From Eledone cirrhosa (taxonomy: Eukaryota): a stretch of DNA of 64,000 nucleotides. The notes beneath the pieces were generated by a model that was not told the DNA's origin, did no database searches, and saw only the letters and a program-made list of their open reading frames with translations. How positions within the stretch are numbered: the first letter of the stretch is position 1; each line of letters begins with the position of its first letter. The translations under genes were made by a program, and so were the position numbers. Of the stretch, positions 42,403 to 55,416 are shown piece by piece. The DNA lies in NCBI GenBank assembly GCA_964016885.1, contig OZ024744.1:38316001-38380000 (forward strand). Reading direction: 5' to 3'.

Positions 42403-43496
42403 CTAGCAGAGGTACCCGTCGTTGCTCGCATATTAAATAGCAGTTGTGTATATCATTTATGTCAATGCTTCAGTGCTGCTTCGAAAACTATACTTTTACA
42501 AAATCATCGGCTTTTTTCCAAAAGGGGGTTCCTCCCCCCAGGGGTCCCCTACCCAATATGTGCCAATTCTGAGAGTTCACATTCATCTGTAGGACAAACG
42601 TAGCCCATGTGTCAAATTTTGGGAAAATCGGTTGCGAACTCCAGAAGTTATGACGTTTTGTTGCATTGCACTGCAGTGCTTCAGTCGACTCCAAGAAAGT
42701 GGTTAAAGTGGTTATCTGCCGGGGGCCCCTATAATCAATATCTGGAAAAATGACAGTGCCCATGACCATCGGTATATATAAGTAACCTATGTCTTAAGTT
42801 TGGTGTAAATACTGTTTATAAGGTTTATACATACGCGCGTGCGTTCGTGTGTGTGTGCGTGTGCGTGTGCGTGTGTGTGTGTGTTTGTGTCTGTGTGTGT
42901 GGGTGTGTATGTATTTGTGTGTGCGTATGTATGTGTATATCCGTCGGGGCATACGTATGTACTGGCCTAAATCTTCACTATTTACTTTTACTATTTTAAT
43001 AACTTCTGTCATTTTCGTTTTCAATTTTATTTACATCATTCTTAAACTCCGGGGCTGGAAATCATTCTGTTATTTTAAATAGAATATTAGTCTAACGACT
43101 CCATTTATACCATAAACTTGGTCTTGTCTTTGCATGAAATTGTTCTTCACGCTCCACATAACGACGTATTATCCTCGGTTTTTCCCCGTTCATTGCCAGG
43201 GAACGTCTTCACGAACCAAAATATCGTCTTCCTGTTTTCGTCCGGTTGCAACCTTTCTCGAAATAATTACTTCTGCGTTCACAGATTACTCTCAGTTCAA
43301 TTTGAATAGGAAATTCCTGCTTCATCGATTTTCTCCGTAACCATGGAAGATTGTAGCTTGAAAGTCAACCCAACGCCTCCTCGGGTCATTCTGCATAACT
43401 GTGTACATTTTCGCTGCATTCCACCAAGACGTTTTGACGTTTATCCGACTACACCTACATATACAACGTCCGACCACTTCCAATTTATATTGTAGA
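42403..43496 (-). mobile_element. Complete non-autonomous Helitron copy 2
   Basis: On the minus strand, A|TCTACAATATAAA at 43496, and a 3' hairpin + CTAG|T at 42403 (AT target, no TSD). Confidence 0.85.
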
Positions 43497-43605
43497 TTTG
43501 TTTATATATGAATGACAAAAAGAAAAGTACAAAACTATACATAAATTGTTTCTACTAAACCTTCAATTTAAGACACAACCTACATATTTGATAGGACTCC
43601 AGCTC

Positions 43606-43636
<31 letters not shown>

Positions 43637-44312
43637 CTTCTTTTGCTCCCCCTGGAACATTGGGCTGCGAGCCACCCCCACACAACGCCATGTTCTGAGT
43701 TTGCTTTTCAACTCCACCGTGATGCACGGTGCGTCATGGTGTATCTAACCATTTTTTTAAGTCTTACTACGGCTGATTTCTTCCAGAGAGAAAGAAAGAG
43801 ATGGAAAAATGCAGAGAAGATTCATCCCCGGAGGAATAATAAAAAATGTTTACACTGTACATTTCATTTTTTCAAAGTTAAAGCTGCCGATTCAAAATCA
43901 GTAATTCAACTCCCTGAAAACTTTCAAATATATGCTGTTCTAGCATGAATATTATGCTAAGGATAAGCTGTTCACAAAGTAAGATTTACTAACATATCCC
44001 CGCTCATATAAACACATAAATACATGCATACATACATTACAGTTGATATTTTTTTTTATTAAAGCGAAATAGCAATGTCGATGATATGCAAGTTTAAAAA
44101 TGCATATTATGAAGGTTTGTATGATAGTTTACACTTTTTCCTGAAACTGCTTCTTTATAATAAACTTTCAATAATATTTTTAAAATTATTGGTACTGTAT
44201 GTTAACAGCGAAAGAACGTTGGTGAGTTTTAAAATGTGTATGAAATTGTAAATAAGACAAAACCTCGTCTATTTGCTTCGTTGGCACTTTTTACATAGGT
44301 GTGTAAATTTTC

Positions 44313-44775
<463 letters not shown>

Positions 44776-44863
44776 ATAGATAGTATTAGCAATTGGAAAG
44801 ACCAACGGAAACATTGTTCCCTCGGTCCGATTTGACGAAAGTCGATCGTTCCAAAAAATAGAA

Positions 44864-44922
<59 letters not shown>

Positions 44923-44964
44923 TTGTGCATATGTATATATGTGTATATATACATGTGTATATAT

Positions 44965-45200
44965 ACAAAAGTCAGCTCAAAAGTGACACAAGGGAGACTG
45001 AGGTTAGCTGGACATGCTCACCGATATCCAGAGTTGACATTGCACTCAGTGCTCCTGTGGGAGCCTCTACATGGACACACTGGAAGAGGAAGACCAAGGT
45101 TAACGTATGTTGATGCCCAGACACTGGTCTGTCGGAGACGCAGGACATGGCAGCGATAATGAGGGACAGAGACCCCTGGAGAGAACTCGTCCATGGATCT
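44965..45200 (+). pseudogene. RTE-type LINE C-terminal fragment
   Basis: GRLRLAGHAHRYPE..VLLWEPLHGHTGRGRPRLTYVD. Confidence 0.75.
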
Positions 45201-45239
45201 CGGGAATTTTACCCGCCCTAGATAGACAGATGTATATAT

Positions 45240-45539
45240 ATATGTGCGTGTGCGCGCGCGCGTATGTGTGTGCGCGCGTGTCTGTGTGAATGTAGCGAAG
45301 ATTATACGTCAGCAATGACGTTATGTAGACAGGCAGGCATACAGACAGATATTATAAGAGGGCGACGGAGATGGATAACCCTTTAACAACAGAAAATTGA
45401 AAAAAATGGCACTTAATATCTTTAGACCGCAAGGAATATATAAATGCAAGTTTGAAGTCAATCGGAGTAGAAATGTGGATTTGTATAGACTTTGCAAAAA
45501 TGAGGACACACAGACAACATCAGTTTCATATATATAGAT
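45240..45539 (-). mobile_element. Helitron 5' fragment
   Basis: Reverse complement A|TCTATATATATGAAACTGATGTTGTCTGTGTGTCC. Shares sequence with 2320-2370. Confidence 0.55.
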
Positions 45540-45680
45540 ATACATGTATATATTGATTAGTTAGTGCCCGACAGCTGACTCAACCGTCGACCACTAACTA
45601 TTCACTACACATACACACTATTTTCCCAAATATCGAGTACTTAGCTCAACATGGTCATACTACTCTGAACTGGTAACTCT

Positions 45681-45833
<153 letters not shown>

Positions 45834-45907
45834 CTTATATACATTCATACATACATATATACTTACATATAGATGCATACGTACACACATACATACATAC
45901 ATATATT

Positions 45908-46530
45908 ATGGCTGCCCCCTCGTTATCGAGTATGGCCATTGCATGATATAACATTATTAATAATTATTAATTAATTCTATCGTGCAATGCCTGTACATGA
46001 AGATATTTTCTAAAGTGAGGAAAGTCTGTGCACTGAGCCAATCCCACTCTCTGAGAGACAGTAGCTATAACCCGAAAAGAAGAAAAGATCAACATCATCG
46101 GTAACTACTGAACCACAGGTTTTATATCGGAGTTATCCCAGTTTCCTGAGTTGCCTTCTCCTAGAAGAATGCCCTGGCAAAGGCTAGGGGTCCTTTACTC
46201 CCAATGGTTTCACCGCGCGATCGGGTATCCAGCCCGATTGTTTCTGTCCCCGTGCATATAGATACACACATGCATACATGCATATACATATATACATCCA
46301 TATACATACATACATACAGACACATGTATATACATATTTACATATTTTTGGATGGTCGTTGACTCTTAATGAATTCTTCCGTCCTTGTTTTTTGTTCTGC
46401 AGGGTGTCCAAAATCACCCTCATCACCGAGTAAACTTGGTGGGGTTGCCGGTTTAGTCACCGACGACCCGACCATGCGACTGGTTGTACTGGTTGTACGG
46501 GTTGTTACGAGTAGCACTCAAGCGTGACCC
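45908..46530 (-). mobile_element. Short non-autonomous RTE derivative (5'-UTR-like part + RTE 3' tail)
   Basis: The tail's reverse complement gcaatggccatactcgataacgagggggcagccat is identical to 63723-63757. Internal tctaggagaaggcaactc resembles RTE 5' UTR motifs. Confidence 0.6.
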
Positions 46531-46643
46531 GACATACAGACATACATACTTGAATGGGACATTGGACAAATACAGAAGTCAAGAGCCAGAGACTGCAGAT
46601 GAAAGTGAGCAAATGAGTGAAATAGCTCTCTATTTCACTGGGC

Positions 46644-47401
46644 GATACGTTGCGTCCTTGAGCAAAAGACTATTTCACGTTGTGTCCTTGATCCGTTGCG
46701 TCCTTGAGCAAAAGACTATTTCACGTTGTGTCCTTGATACGTTGCGTCCTTGAGCAAAAGACTATTTCACGTTGAGTCCTTGATCCGTTGCGTCCTTAAG
46801 CAAAAGACTATTTCACGTTGTGTCCTTGATACGTTGCGTCCTTGAGCAAAAGACTATTTCACGTTGAGTCCTTGATCCGTTGCGTCCTTGAGCAAAAGAC
46901 TATTTCACGTTGTGTCCTTGATCCGTTGCGTCCTTGAGCAAAAGACTATTTCACGTTGTGTCCTTGATACGTTGCGTCCTTGAGCAAAAGACTATTTCAC
47001 GTTGAGTCCTTGATCCGTTGCGTCCTTGAGCAAAAGACTATTTCAGGTTGAGTCCTTGATACGTTGCGTCCTTGAGCAAAAGACTATCTCACGTTGTGTC
47101 CTTGATACGTTGCGTCCTTGAGCAAAAGACTATTTCACGTTGAGTCCTTGATCCGTTGCGTCCTTGAGCAAAAGACTATTTCACGTTGAGTCCTTGATCC
47201 GTTGCGTCCTTGAGCAAAAGACTATCTCACGTTGTGTCCTTGATACGTTGCGTCCTTGAGCAAAAGACTATTTCAGGTTGTGTCCTTGAGCAAAAGACTA
47301 TTTCACGTTGTGTCCTTGATACGTTGCGTCCTTCAGCAAAAGACTATCTCACGTTGTGTCCTTGATACGTTGCGTCTTTGAGCAAAAGACTATCTCACGT
47401 T
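46644..47401 (+). repeat. 46-bp minisatellite (~16 units) amplified from a SINE CORE-like segment
   Basis: Unit gatmcgttgcgtccttgagcaaaagactatttcacgttgwgtcctt. The last unit runs into gctccagttcactt and the SINE body. Confidence 0.92.
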
Positions 47402-47880
47402 GCTCCAGTTCACTTAGCTAAAAAAAAGAAAAAAAACATGAGTTGCGACGTGAGTGTGGCCAAGTTGTACCGGCCTTTGCCTTTCTCTTGGATAACATCG
47501 GTGGTGTGAAGCGGGGAGATTGATATGCACAAAAGCATCTTGGCCGAGTTTGTACTTCAGAAGGGATATTCTAGCTACACATCCCATTGTCATTGGTGAC
47601 CAAAGAGGGGTCTTTACCCTTTAACTATTTACAAACTGGTCTGAGGATGAACGAGTGAGAAGGATAGAGGGGGATATGTATTACTCTCCGAGTTAAGAAT
47701 ACTTATCCTCATCTCCTATTTTCACTTTGGTTACGAGTGACAATGTGATTTGTAGCTAGAATATCCCTTTTGAAGTACAAACTCAGGCAAGATGTTTTTG
47801 TGGAAGACCAGCAGTCTCCCGTGTATATCAATCTCCCCGCTACACACCACCGATGTTGTCCAAGAGAAAGGCCTGATACA
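47402..47880. mobile_element. SINE body (+, 47402-47625) and inverted SINE body fragment (-, 47735-47880)
   Basis: ctttctcttggataacatcggtggtgtg..gggatattctagctaca, with its reverse complement downstream. Confidence 0.7.
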
Positions 47881-48379
47881 AATACTTACAGTAGAATGGA
47901 CCTTACTAATGGTAACCCCAAGGGACATGTGTTATTTGTATAAAGTGGGCGATGAATTAAGTCTAACAGCTATTTTGAAAATCTTGTTTGAAATACAAAA
48001 AGAATAGAAAGTTAAAAATGCATAATGCTGAAACGGGTGGTTGTATTCAGATTTTGTGAAAGAGAAAAATATTTAAAATAACTGACAATCATTCATGGAT
48101 GGGTGTAGATGAAGCGGTGGTAATGGGCATACGAATGAACTGTACCTCATGAAATAAGAATAACAAGAGACATATCTATCTATATTAGTTAATGTAAAAT
48201 CATTTAAGCGCATGACGTCCAAATGGATGAATAGGCTTACATAGCTACACAGACAGACATACATAGAAACTCCCTCATAAAAATAAATATATGGATATAA
48301 GTGTGTATGTGTGCATACATGCATATATGAATGAATGTATGTTTGTATGTATGTATATGTATATATATATTATACACCT

Positions 48380-48421
<42 letters not shown>

Positions 48422-48456
48422 CATTCATACATACATACATATATACATACACACAC

Positions 48457-48495
<39 letters not shown>

Positions 48496-48503
48496 CATAC
48501 ATT

Positions 48504-48629
<126 letters not shown>

Positions 48630-48689
48630 GTATAATACTTTTATGTACATAAAAATATGGTTAGCCTCGTAGCGAAGAAAAATATTTTT

Positions 48690-49196
48690 TCGTAACGAAA
48701 CGTGCTTGTGAGACGTAGGCCATATACAGAAACCACCCCAAGGAACTGGAGAGAATTCACCAAAAATCTCTTCGTAAGTTACTTGGGTTGTGATGTAAAA
48801 TGTTCGTCAGTGATTTCGAAGTTCTCGAACGGAGCAGGTGCGTGACTATTGAGGTGGTGTGGACACGTGAACCGGATGTCTGATGATCGCATTCCAAAGC
48901 AACTTCTCTTCGGAGAACTGTGTGAAGGAAGGTGACCACCACATAAGCCAAAAATGTGGTACCGGGACTATGTCAGGGGCACCTTGGCTTGTGCTGGAAT
49001 TTCATCTGACGAATGGGAGAAAATGGATGGGGGAGTGAGTGAAGTGGAGACGTTTGATCAAGTCAGGTAGTGAACAGTTTGAAACTCGTCAGAGAAAACA
49101 CCTTACACTGAAAAGGAATGTAAGGAAAGGAGACTGTTCTGAACTGCCTGCTGTTGAACATCATCTGGTTTGCCAGTACTGTGGTCGAGTCTGCCT
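48690..49196 (+). pseudogene. Degenerate RTE LINE 3' fragment
   Basis: [23 protein letters not shown]; DDRIPKQLLFGELCEG. Confidence 0.7.
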
Positions 49197-51450
49197 GATT
49201 TTTTGCTGATAAGCATGCAGTTTTTCATCCATGGATTCATTGCGATACTGCTGAGCGACTTCCCTGAGTGTGAGTTTTTGATTAAACGGTGTAACATATT
49301 TTTTGTTCCCCGGTTCTACGTGTCATTTCCTGGTTTGTTATATCCCATTATTATAAAAAGAAATCCCGCCGAGGTTGACTTTGCCTTTCATCCTTAAGGG
49401 TTCGATAAAATAAAGTACCTGTAATGAACTGGGTATTTGCTGGCCTTGTGCCTAAAGTAGAAACAATAATTATTAAAAAAACAATACTATTTAATCGGAA
49501 GTTTGGATTTGTGGTCAGCAGTTTGATATTTCGAAATGTTCACATTTTTCAAGAAAAAACAGATTTGTTTTTAAATTTATTAGTTCATATAATTAAATCA
49601 ACAGAGTATATATTTATTTTATTACACAAGCTTATCAAAAGCAAACAAGTAAAAACAAATAACACTTATAAAGCAACTTATACACGTCAGAAATGACTGG
49701 ATTTCCTGAATTTGCGGTTGTAGTCCAGGTCGCATTCCCGCACTAGCCCCCAGATATAGTCCCCCATCATTTTTTCATTGTAGTGGCCCTGGTACCTCCG
49801 CTCTATCTCTTTCATATCTTGGTGGAATCGTTCGCCTTGTTCTTCTGAGTAGGCGCCTATATTGTCCTTGAATTTTTCCAGGTGAGCGTCCAGCATATGG
49901 AGTTTAAGCGACATCCTTCAGCCCATGGCGCCAAAAGCCTTTATCAGATCCTGCAACAGTTTCTGGTAGTTTTCAGCTCTGTAGTTGCCCAGGAAGCCCT
50001 TGAAACAGTTCCATGCTGTTCTCTCAATCCTATTGAGCTTATTGGAGAACTTCTTTATCTGAGGTCCGACAAAAATTCCACCTTTGATTTTGGCCTCTGA
50101 TAACTTGGGGAAGAACTCAAGAAGGTACTTAAAAGCGGCTGATTCTTGGTTGAGAACCTTCACAAACTGCTTCATCAACCCCAACCTAATGTGCAGTGGC
50201 GGCATGAGCACAATCCTGGGATCAACCAGTAGCCTACACATGACGTTCCGGGTCCCAACTACAAATTCTGTTCATTGCTTCCAGTTCATTCTTTTGTAGT
50301 GGTCAGAGGTGGCTCTGCTGTCCCAAAGGCAGAGGAAGCACTGGAATTTGATGAAGCCTCCTTGGAGTCCAAGTAGGAAAGCCACCATCTTGAAGTCTCC
50401 AATGATTTCCCAATTGTACTGGTTGTATTGCAGAGCTTCCAAGAGGACTTTCACACTGTAGTAATCTTCCTTCGGGCAGGCTGAATGAGCTAGGGGCAGT
50501 GTCGGGAACTTGTTTCCATTGTGGAGGAGGACAGCCTTCAAACTTGTGGTGGAGCTGTCTATAAATAGCCGCCACTCCTTGGGCACAACCAGCACCCCAA
50601 TAACGTCAAACAGTCCAGGCACGTCATGGTAGAAGCAGAGGCCATCCCTAAGAGTGTAAAAGCCTGAGAAAGGTTCGTGTCGACTTCTCTGACTTGTCAC
50701 CTGCACTTCCTCCTTGACCAAGTTCCACTGCTTCATCCTGGAGACGAATGCTTAAAACACAACTTACTCTTTATTCAGGGTGCCAAAATCCAGTATCAAT
50801 AAATCTCTTTAATCCACTTTTCAATAATTTTATACTTTATTGCACTTTTATAATTTTCTTTAGGTATTACTCTTGATTTTATAATTTTAGTTTAACCTGA
50901 AACATATATAAAACAATTATTTAACATAAGCAAATTAAAATTATATACAACGTAAAATCCAGCATACAAATAATTCTAGTGAATAGCTTAGAATGTTTAC
51001 AAACCCAAACTTTTAACTGTGTAATAGCACTTTTTTTTTTATTTGGGACCTAAGCAACACAAACAAAGTCATTACAAGCCAGGAACAGAGAAACATTTTT
51101 TTTTTGTTACACGGTGTTATCACACAGGGAATACCTCTCAAGGAATTCCTTCCCAACTCTCATGATCTTATCTGTTTCATGCAGATAGACTTGCCTGAGA
51201 GACATGCAGATAGACTTGCTCAATAGACGGGCTCCTGCGCTTTGGGGTTCGTAGATGTTGTCGGGGGATATGATGCGACATTCAAATGCTGTCTGGACTG
51301 ATGTTTGGCCTCTGCCTCCCTGCTTACGTTTCAAGTAAAGGCGGTCTACGTCACTGTTGATGTGGTAGTTTACGGAGTTGTGAAGTATTTTTCGAGTTCT
51401 AACATCAATCGCTCGGATTTCGTCTATCGTCGAATTGAGTATTCTAATTA
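49197..51450 (-). pseudogene. Dong/R4-like LINE fragment (49197-49284 + 51117-51450) split by the Chapaev3-like element
   Basis: IDVRTRKIL..SDVDRLYLKRKQGGRG, then EVAQQYRNESMDEKLHAYQQKI on the other side of the insertion. Confidence 0.75.
49285..51116 (-). mobile_element. Chapaev3-like (CMC) DNA transposon, internally deleted and frameshifted; SINE nested at 49359-49475
   Basis: Transposase motifs EWRLFIDSS..SLKAVLLHNGN, GDFKMV, CFLCLWDSRA, PPLHIRLGLMKQFVK, SLKLH..SEEQGERFHQD. TIRs aacggtgtaaca / tgttacacggtg. 3-bp TSD TTA. Confidence 0.82.
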
Positions 51451-51489
51451 TGTATGTATGCATGCATGCATGTATGTATGTAACTTGGT

Positions 51490-53068
51490 TGCCCTGATAA
51501 GTTCCTTGCTTTAGTTAGGTCTTTCCATGACGACATGAAGGCTTGGCTTAATGTCGGAGGTAACATGTCGGAGCCTATCTCAGTAAAAATTGGAGTGAAA
51601 CAGGGGATTATCCAACATCGACCCTGTTTGCCATATACTTTGCAATGGTTTTCTATATTGCATTCCGAAATTGCGAGCATGGTGTTTACATCCGATATCG
51701 AACCTCAGGCAGCATATTTAACATCAGGCGCTTTGCTGCAAAAACAAAAGTATTTACATCAATCATAAGAGACCTCTTGTATGCAGATTATTGCGATCTT
51801 GTAGCGCACACAGAGAGTGATATGCAACACATTTTGAATGCATTTTCTGATGCTTGCACTACCCTAGGATTGACTGTCAGTCTGAAGAAAACCGTCGTCA
51901 TGTACCAACCTGTAAGCAGTATAGTGAACAAAATATCTATGTGTAGTAAACGACTTGGAGTGGTTGATCAGTTTGTCTACCTGGGAAGCACTGTCAATCG
52001 ATACAGCAACCTTGACAGTGAAATCCCACTCAGGATTAGGAAAGCTAGTAATGCCTTCGGAAAGCTAGAAAGGCGACTCTGGGATCGGCGAGACACATGC
52101 AAGAAGACAAAGGTAAAGGTGTACAAGGCATGTGTGCTCTCTTCTCTTCTTTATGCCTGCGAGACCTGGGTCACATATCGGCACCATCTTAAGCAATTGG
52201 AGCGTTTCCATCAGATGTGTCTCAGACGGATCCATGGCGTTCACTGGAGGGACCACATCAGTGATGTCGAGATTTTGGAAAGCTCTATGTGTGACAGTAT
52301 AGAAGCTCTTGTGCTTAAGCAGCGACTCCGTTGGAGTGGTCACTTTGCCAGGATGAAGGATTCTAGAATACCAAAACAACTCTTTTATGGAGAGTTAGTT
52401 AAAGGAAAACGACCGCCACAAAAAAGAGGTATAGGGATTCCTTGAAAGCCTCTTTGAAAGACGCTAACATCCCTGCTGATACATGGGAAAATGTTGCTGC
52501 TGATCGTAATAAATGGAGAAAGACTGTATATGAGGGAAAAGTTGCCTTTGAGGCATCTCGAATCGCATACGAGAAAGTAAAGCGGGATGTGAGGATGGGC
52601 ATTGCTGTTGCACTTCCAGACGGTGAAGGTCCTCCTATGGTGCTGACATGCAGCGTCTGTGCGAGACTCTGCCTAAGCAAATCTGGACTCGAAAGTCATC
52701 TTCACAGTCATAAAGTAAGACCAGTGGTTGACTACCAGGCTGCTGTTGGAGATACTACTCATCATGCTTGCCAAGCATGTGGTAGAGAATGCAAATCAGC
52801 AGGAAGGCTCAAACGACACGCACAAGTACATGAACTCCAACCACAGCCGGCTATTCCCAGTGAATGTTTTGGTTGCCGACTCTGTGCAAGACATTTTAGA
52901 TCATTGGCTGGGCTAAAAAGCCACATTCGATCGCAGCGCTGTTAATTGCTATCGTGTGTGTGTCTATAGGTATGTTTGTGTGTGTGCGTGTGTGTATATA
53001 TATGTATATTATTATTGTTTTTTGTTGTCCTTATTATTATTGTTGTTGTTATTATTATTATTATTATT
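51490..53068 (+). mobile_element. 5'-truncated RTE (BovB-like) LINE with three C-terminal C2H2 zinc fingers; 3' tail displaced to 63635-63760
   Basis: GVKQG, LLYADY, LGLTVSLKKT, LRWSGHFARMKDSRIPKQLFYGEL; CSVC..HLHSH, CQAC..HAQVH, CRLC..HIRS. Confidence 0.88.
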
Positions 53069-53284
53069 GAATGCCATGGTTGACGGAGGCTCGGCTCTGT
53101 AAGGTATAGTAATTTTTAACCGTTAAAACAATTGTAAATTGTTTAAAACTTGAACCAAATTGTTGATAAAGACACCCTCCTCCTCGTGAGAGGGGTCTTT
53201 CTGTCCGTTATTTGGCCCTTCGGGGTTAAATAACCAGTTATTGGGGTTTTGTACCCAAAATTTCATTTTAAACAAAAAAACAAC

Positions 53285-55381
53285 ATGGCTACGAAAAAGA
53301 AATTTCATACGTCACTCCCACTCATTCCGTCTTCTTCTTCCTCAATCATCACTACAGCAGAGAGAAGATTGTCTCTCTCCCTCCCTTCTTTAAATGTGTC
53401 TCTCTCCCTCCCTTCTCTTTCGCAAGCGACGAAAGAAAAGAAAAGTCTCGTGCAAAGCGTGCAAGGTTTCTCCACGACGACGACGACAGCGACGAAACAG
53501 GTGTGCGGGAAATACGAAAACCCAGTTCATTCGTCTGACGTCAGGAATAATAGCAGTAGCAGCCGTAATAACAACAGCAACAGTGACAATGAAAACAACA
53601 GTAGCAGCCGCAACAGCATCACCAGCAGCATAAACAACAACAGCATTAGCAGCAGCAACACTAACAACAACCACAGCAACAGCGGCGGAGGCAGTAGTCG
53701 TAGTACCTGCAGCAACAACAAAAGTACCAGCAGCTCTGACGACAACAACAACAGCAGAGAAAAACCAATCTCATTTGCAGGTATTGCGAAAAACTTGGAA
53801 ACAATCCTCATAACAAATGAGGAATTAGAGGAAGCGAAGAAGATGGTGACAAAGAACGGACACCGAGCAATCTGCAAGGCAGCGAAAAATTTTTTCGAAA
53901 CCCAAGAGCACTATACGGTCACGTACCGTACAGTAAGTACAAAATCCCGTAGGGTGGAAAGAGCCACAGAGGCCCAAATACAAAAAGCCTTGGGGTCTGT
54001 GTGGCAGCGGAAAACGCACATCACCCGAGGCAAAAAATATGCCACCGTAGACGTACTTTTTGCCACACCCCAGGAGGCAAAGGCCCAATCAGTAGTGACC
54101 CTAAGGAGCGAGGAAATGGTGTTGGTGCCCTCCTACTGTGGGCAAAAAATTGTGAGGATCAAACTGACCCACGTCCCCCCCGGAATGACCCCTTCTTGGC
54201 TGGCCGCGTCTGTCCTCGTCGGAATCGAGGACAAAACAACTGTACTGCAAGTACAGAAAAAAGTAAGAGAAGATTGGGTCGGCTCCTCCATTGAGATGCT
54301 AATCCAAACCAACCAGGAGTGCATCGAAGCTATCCCGGATGTGATAGACTTCGATAACGGCACTCAACTGCCCATAAGTGTTGAGGGCAAACGCCCGAAA
54401 TGCTTTCGCTGTGGATCGAAGACTCACCTCAGGGCCTTCTGCAACGAGAAGACCCTGAGAAAGGAGAAAACCCCCCTCCTTCCGAATCCGGCTCCACGGC
54501 TACCAGCAACAGGACAAGCGGCAACCAGGAACGATAGGCCCGTGGCACCCATACCCACTCCACGGAAATCAAAAACAGCAGCAGCAGTGGAAATACTAAC
54601 AACAACAACAGCAATACCAAATGCAGCTGCAACAGAGACTCCAGTGCAAACATCACCGACAACAACAAGTGAAAGAGTGGAGTTGGTACCCCTCCCCGAC
54701 CTCACAGAATCAGACATGGAGTGTGAGGTGGGAGAGAGATGGCAAAAGGTCGTAAGAAGGCACAAACGCAGAAGCAGCGCATCGTCGCCTTTGAAAAGGG
54801 AGGAAAGAAAGGAGAAAAGGGTAAAGTCTACTGCAAAGAGACCCACAGCAGCAACAACACCAACACCATCACCACCCACACTAGCACCACCATCACCACC
54901 GGCGACAACCCCACCGCCAACAACACCTTCAACACCACCACCACAAGCACCAACATCGCAAATACAACAACAAAACACACACACCCAGCAACAACGACAA
55001 GAAAATAGCAGAACCACACCCCACCCCCAGAAAAACAAATGCACGGCAATAAATACACACAACAAGAAACTAATGACTTACATAATTGAACACACATACA
55101 TTTCACAACAGGACTACATAATACCAGCACCAATCAAAACGCCAACTAACATAAGACTGCTAAAAATAGCACAGAAACAATACACAAACATTAAAACGAA
55201 ATTCCCCAACGCAGTTAGTGATTTCAGGGACCTAGGAGGAACCATCAATCGAAGAGTATACTCAGACATTCTCTTAGAAGAGCCGACGACCAGCCGAAGG
55301 GACGATTCAACGGTCCCTTCACCAGACGATCAAGTGAAAAGGGATGTAAAAACCATCCCTCCTCTACCAAAAGTACGGTAA
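53285..55381 (+). CDS. ORF1 (gag-like RNA-binding protein, CCHC knuckle, S/N- and P/T-rich low-complexity regions), 698 aa from first ATG
   Basis: CFRCGSKTHLRAFC (CX2CX4HX4C), SFAGIAK and WQKV.RR motifs typical of non-LTR ORF1. Confidence 0.88.
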   Translation: MATKKKFHTSLPLIPSSSSSIITTAERRLSLSLPSLNVSLSLPSLSQATKEKKSLVQSVQGFSTTTTTATKQVCGKYENPVHSSDVRNNSSSSRNNNSNSDNENNSSSRNSITSSINNNSISSSNTNNNHSNSGGGSSRSTCSNNKSTSSSDDNNNSREKPISFAGIAKNLETILITNEELEEAKKMVTKNGHRAICKAAKNFFETQEHYTVTYRTVSTKSRRVERATEAQIQKALGSVWQRKTHITRGKKYATVDVLFATPQEAKAQSVVTLRSEEMVLVPSYCGQKIVRIKLTHVPPGMTPSWLAASVLVGIEDKTTVLQVQKKVREDWVGSSIEMLIQTNQECIEAIPDVIDFDNGTQLPISVEGKRPKCFRCGSKTHLRAFCNEKTLRKEKTPLLPNPAPRLPATGQAATRNDRPVAPIPTPRKSKTAAAVEILTTTTAIPNAAATETPVQTSPTTTSERVELVPLPDLTESDMECEVGERWQKVVRRHKRRSSASSPLKREERKEKRVKSTAKRPTAATTPTPSPPTLAPPSPPATTPPPTTPSTPPPQAPTSQIQQQNTHTQQQRQENSRTTPHPQKNKCTAINTHNKKLMTYIIEHTYISQQDYIIPAPIKTPTNIRLLKIAQKQYTNIKTKFPNAVSDFRDLGGTINRRVYSDILLEEPTTSRRDDSTVPSPDDQVKRDVKTIPPLPKVR

Positions 55382-55416
55382 GTGGTCTTTCCCATCTTTT
55401 CCACTCTATTTTAAAC

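Noticed and set aside
46644-47401. CRISPR array or iteron cluster
   Set aside because: No spacers, and the unit derives from a SINE core.
52442-52945. Stand-alone host C2H2 zinc-finger gene
   Set aside because: Directly continues an RTE RT frame across a frameshift, and a homologous finger with the RTE tail occurs at 1-210.
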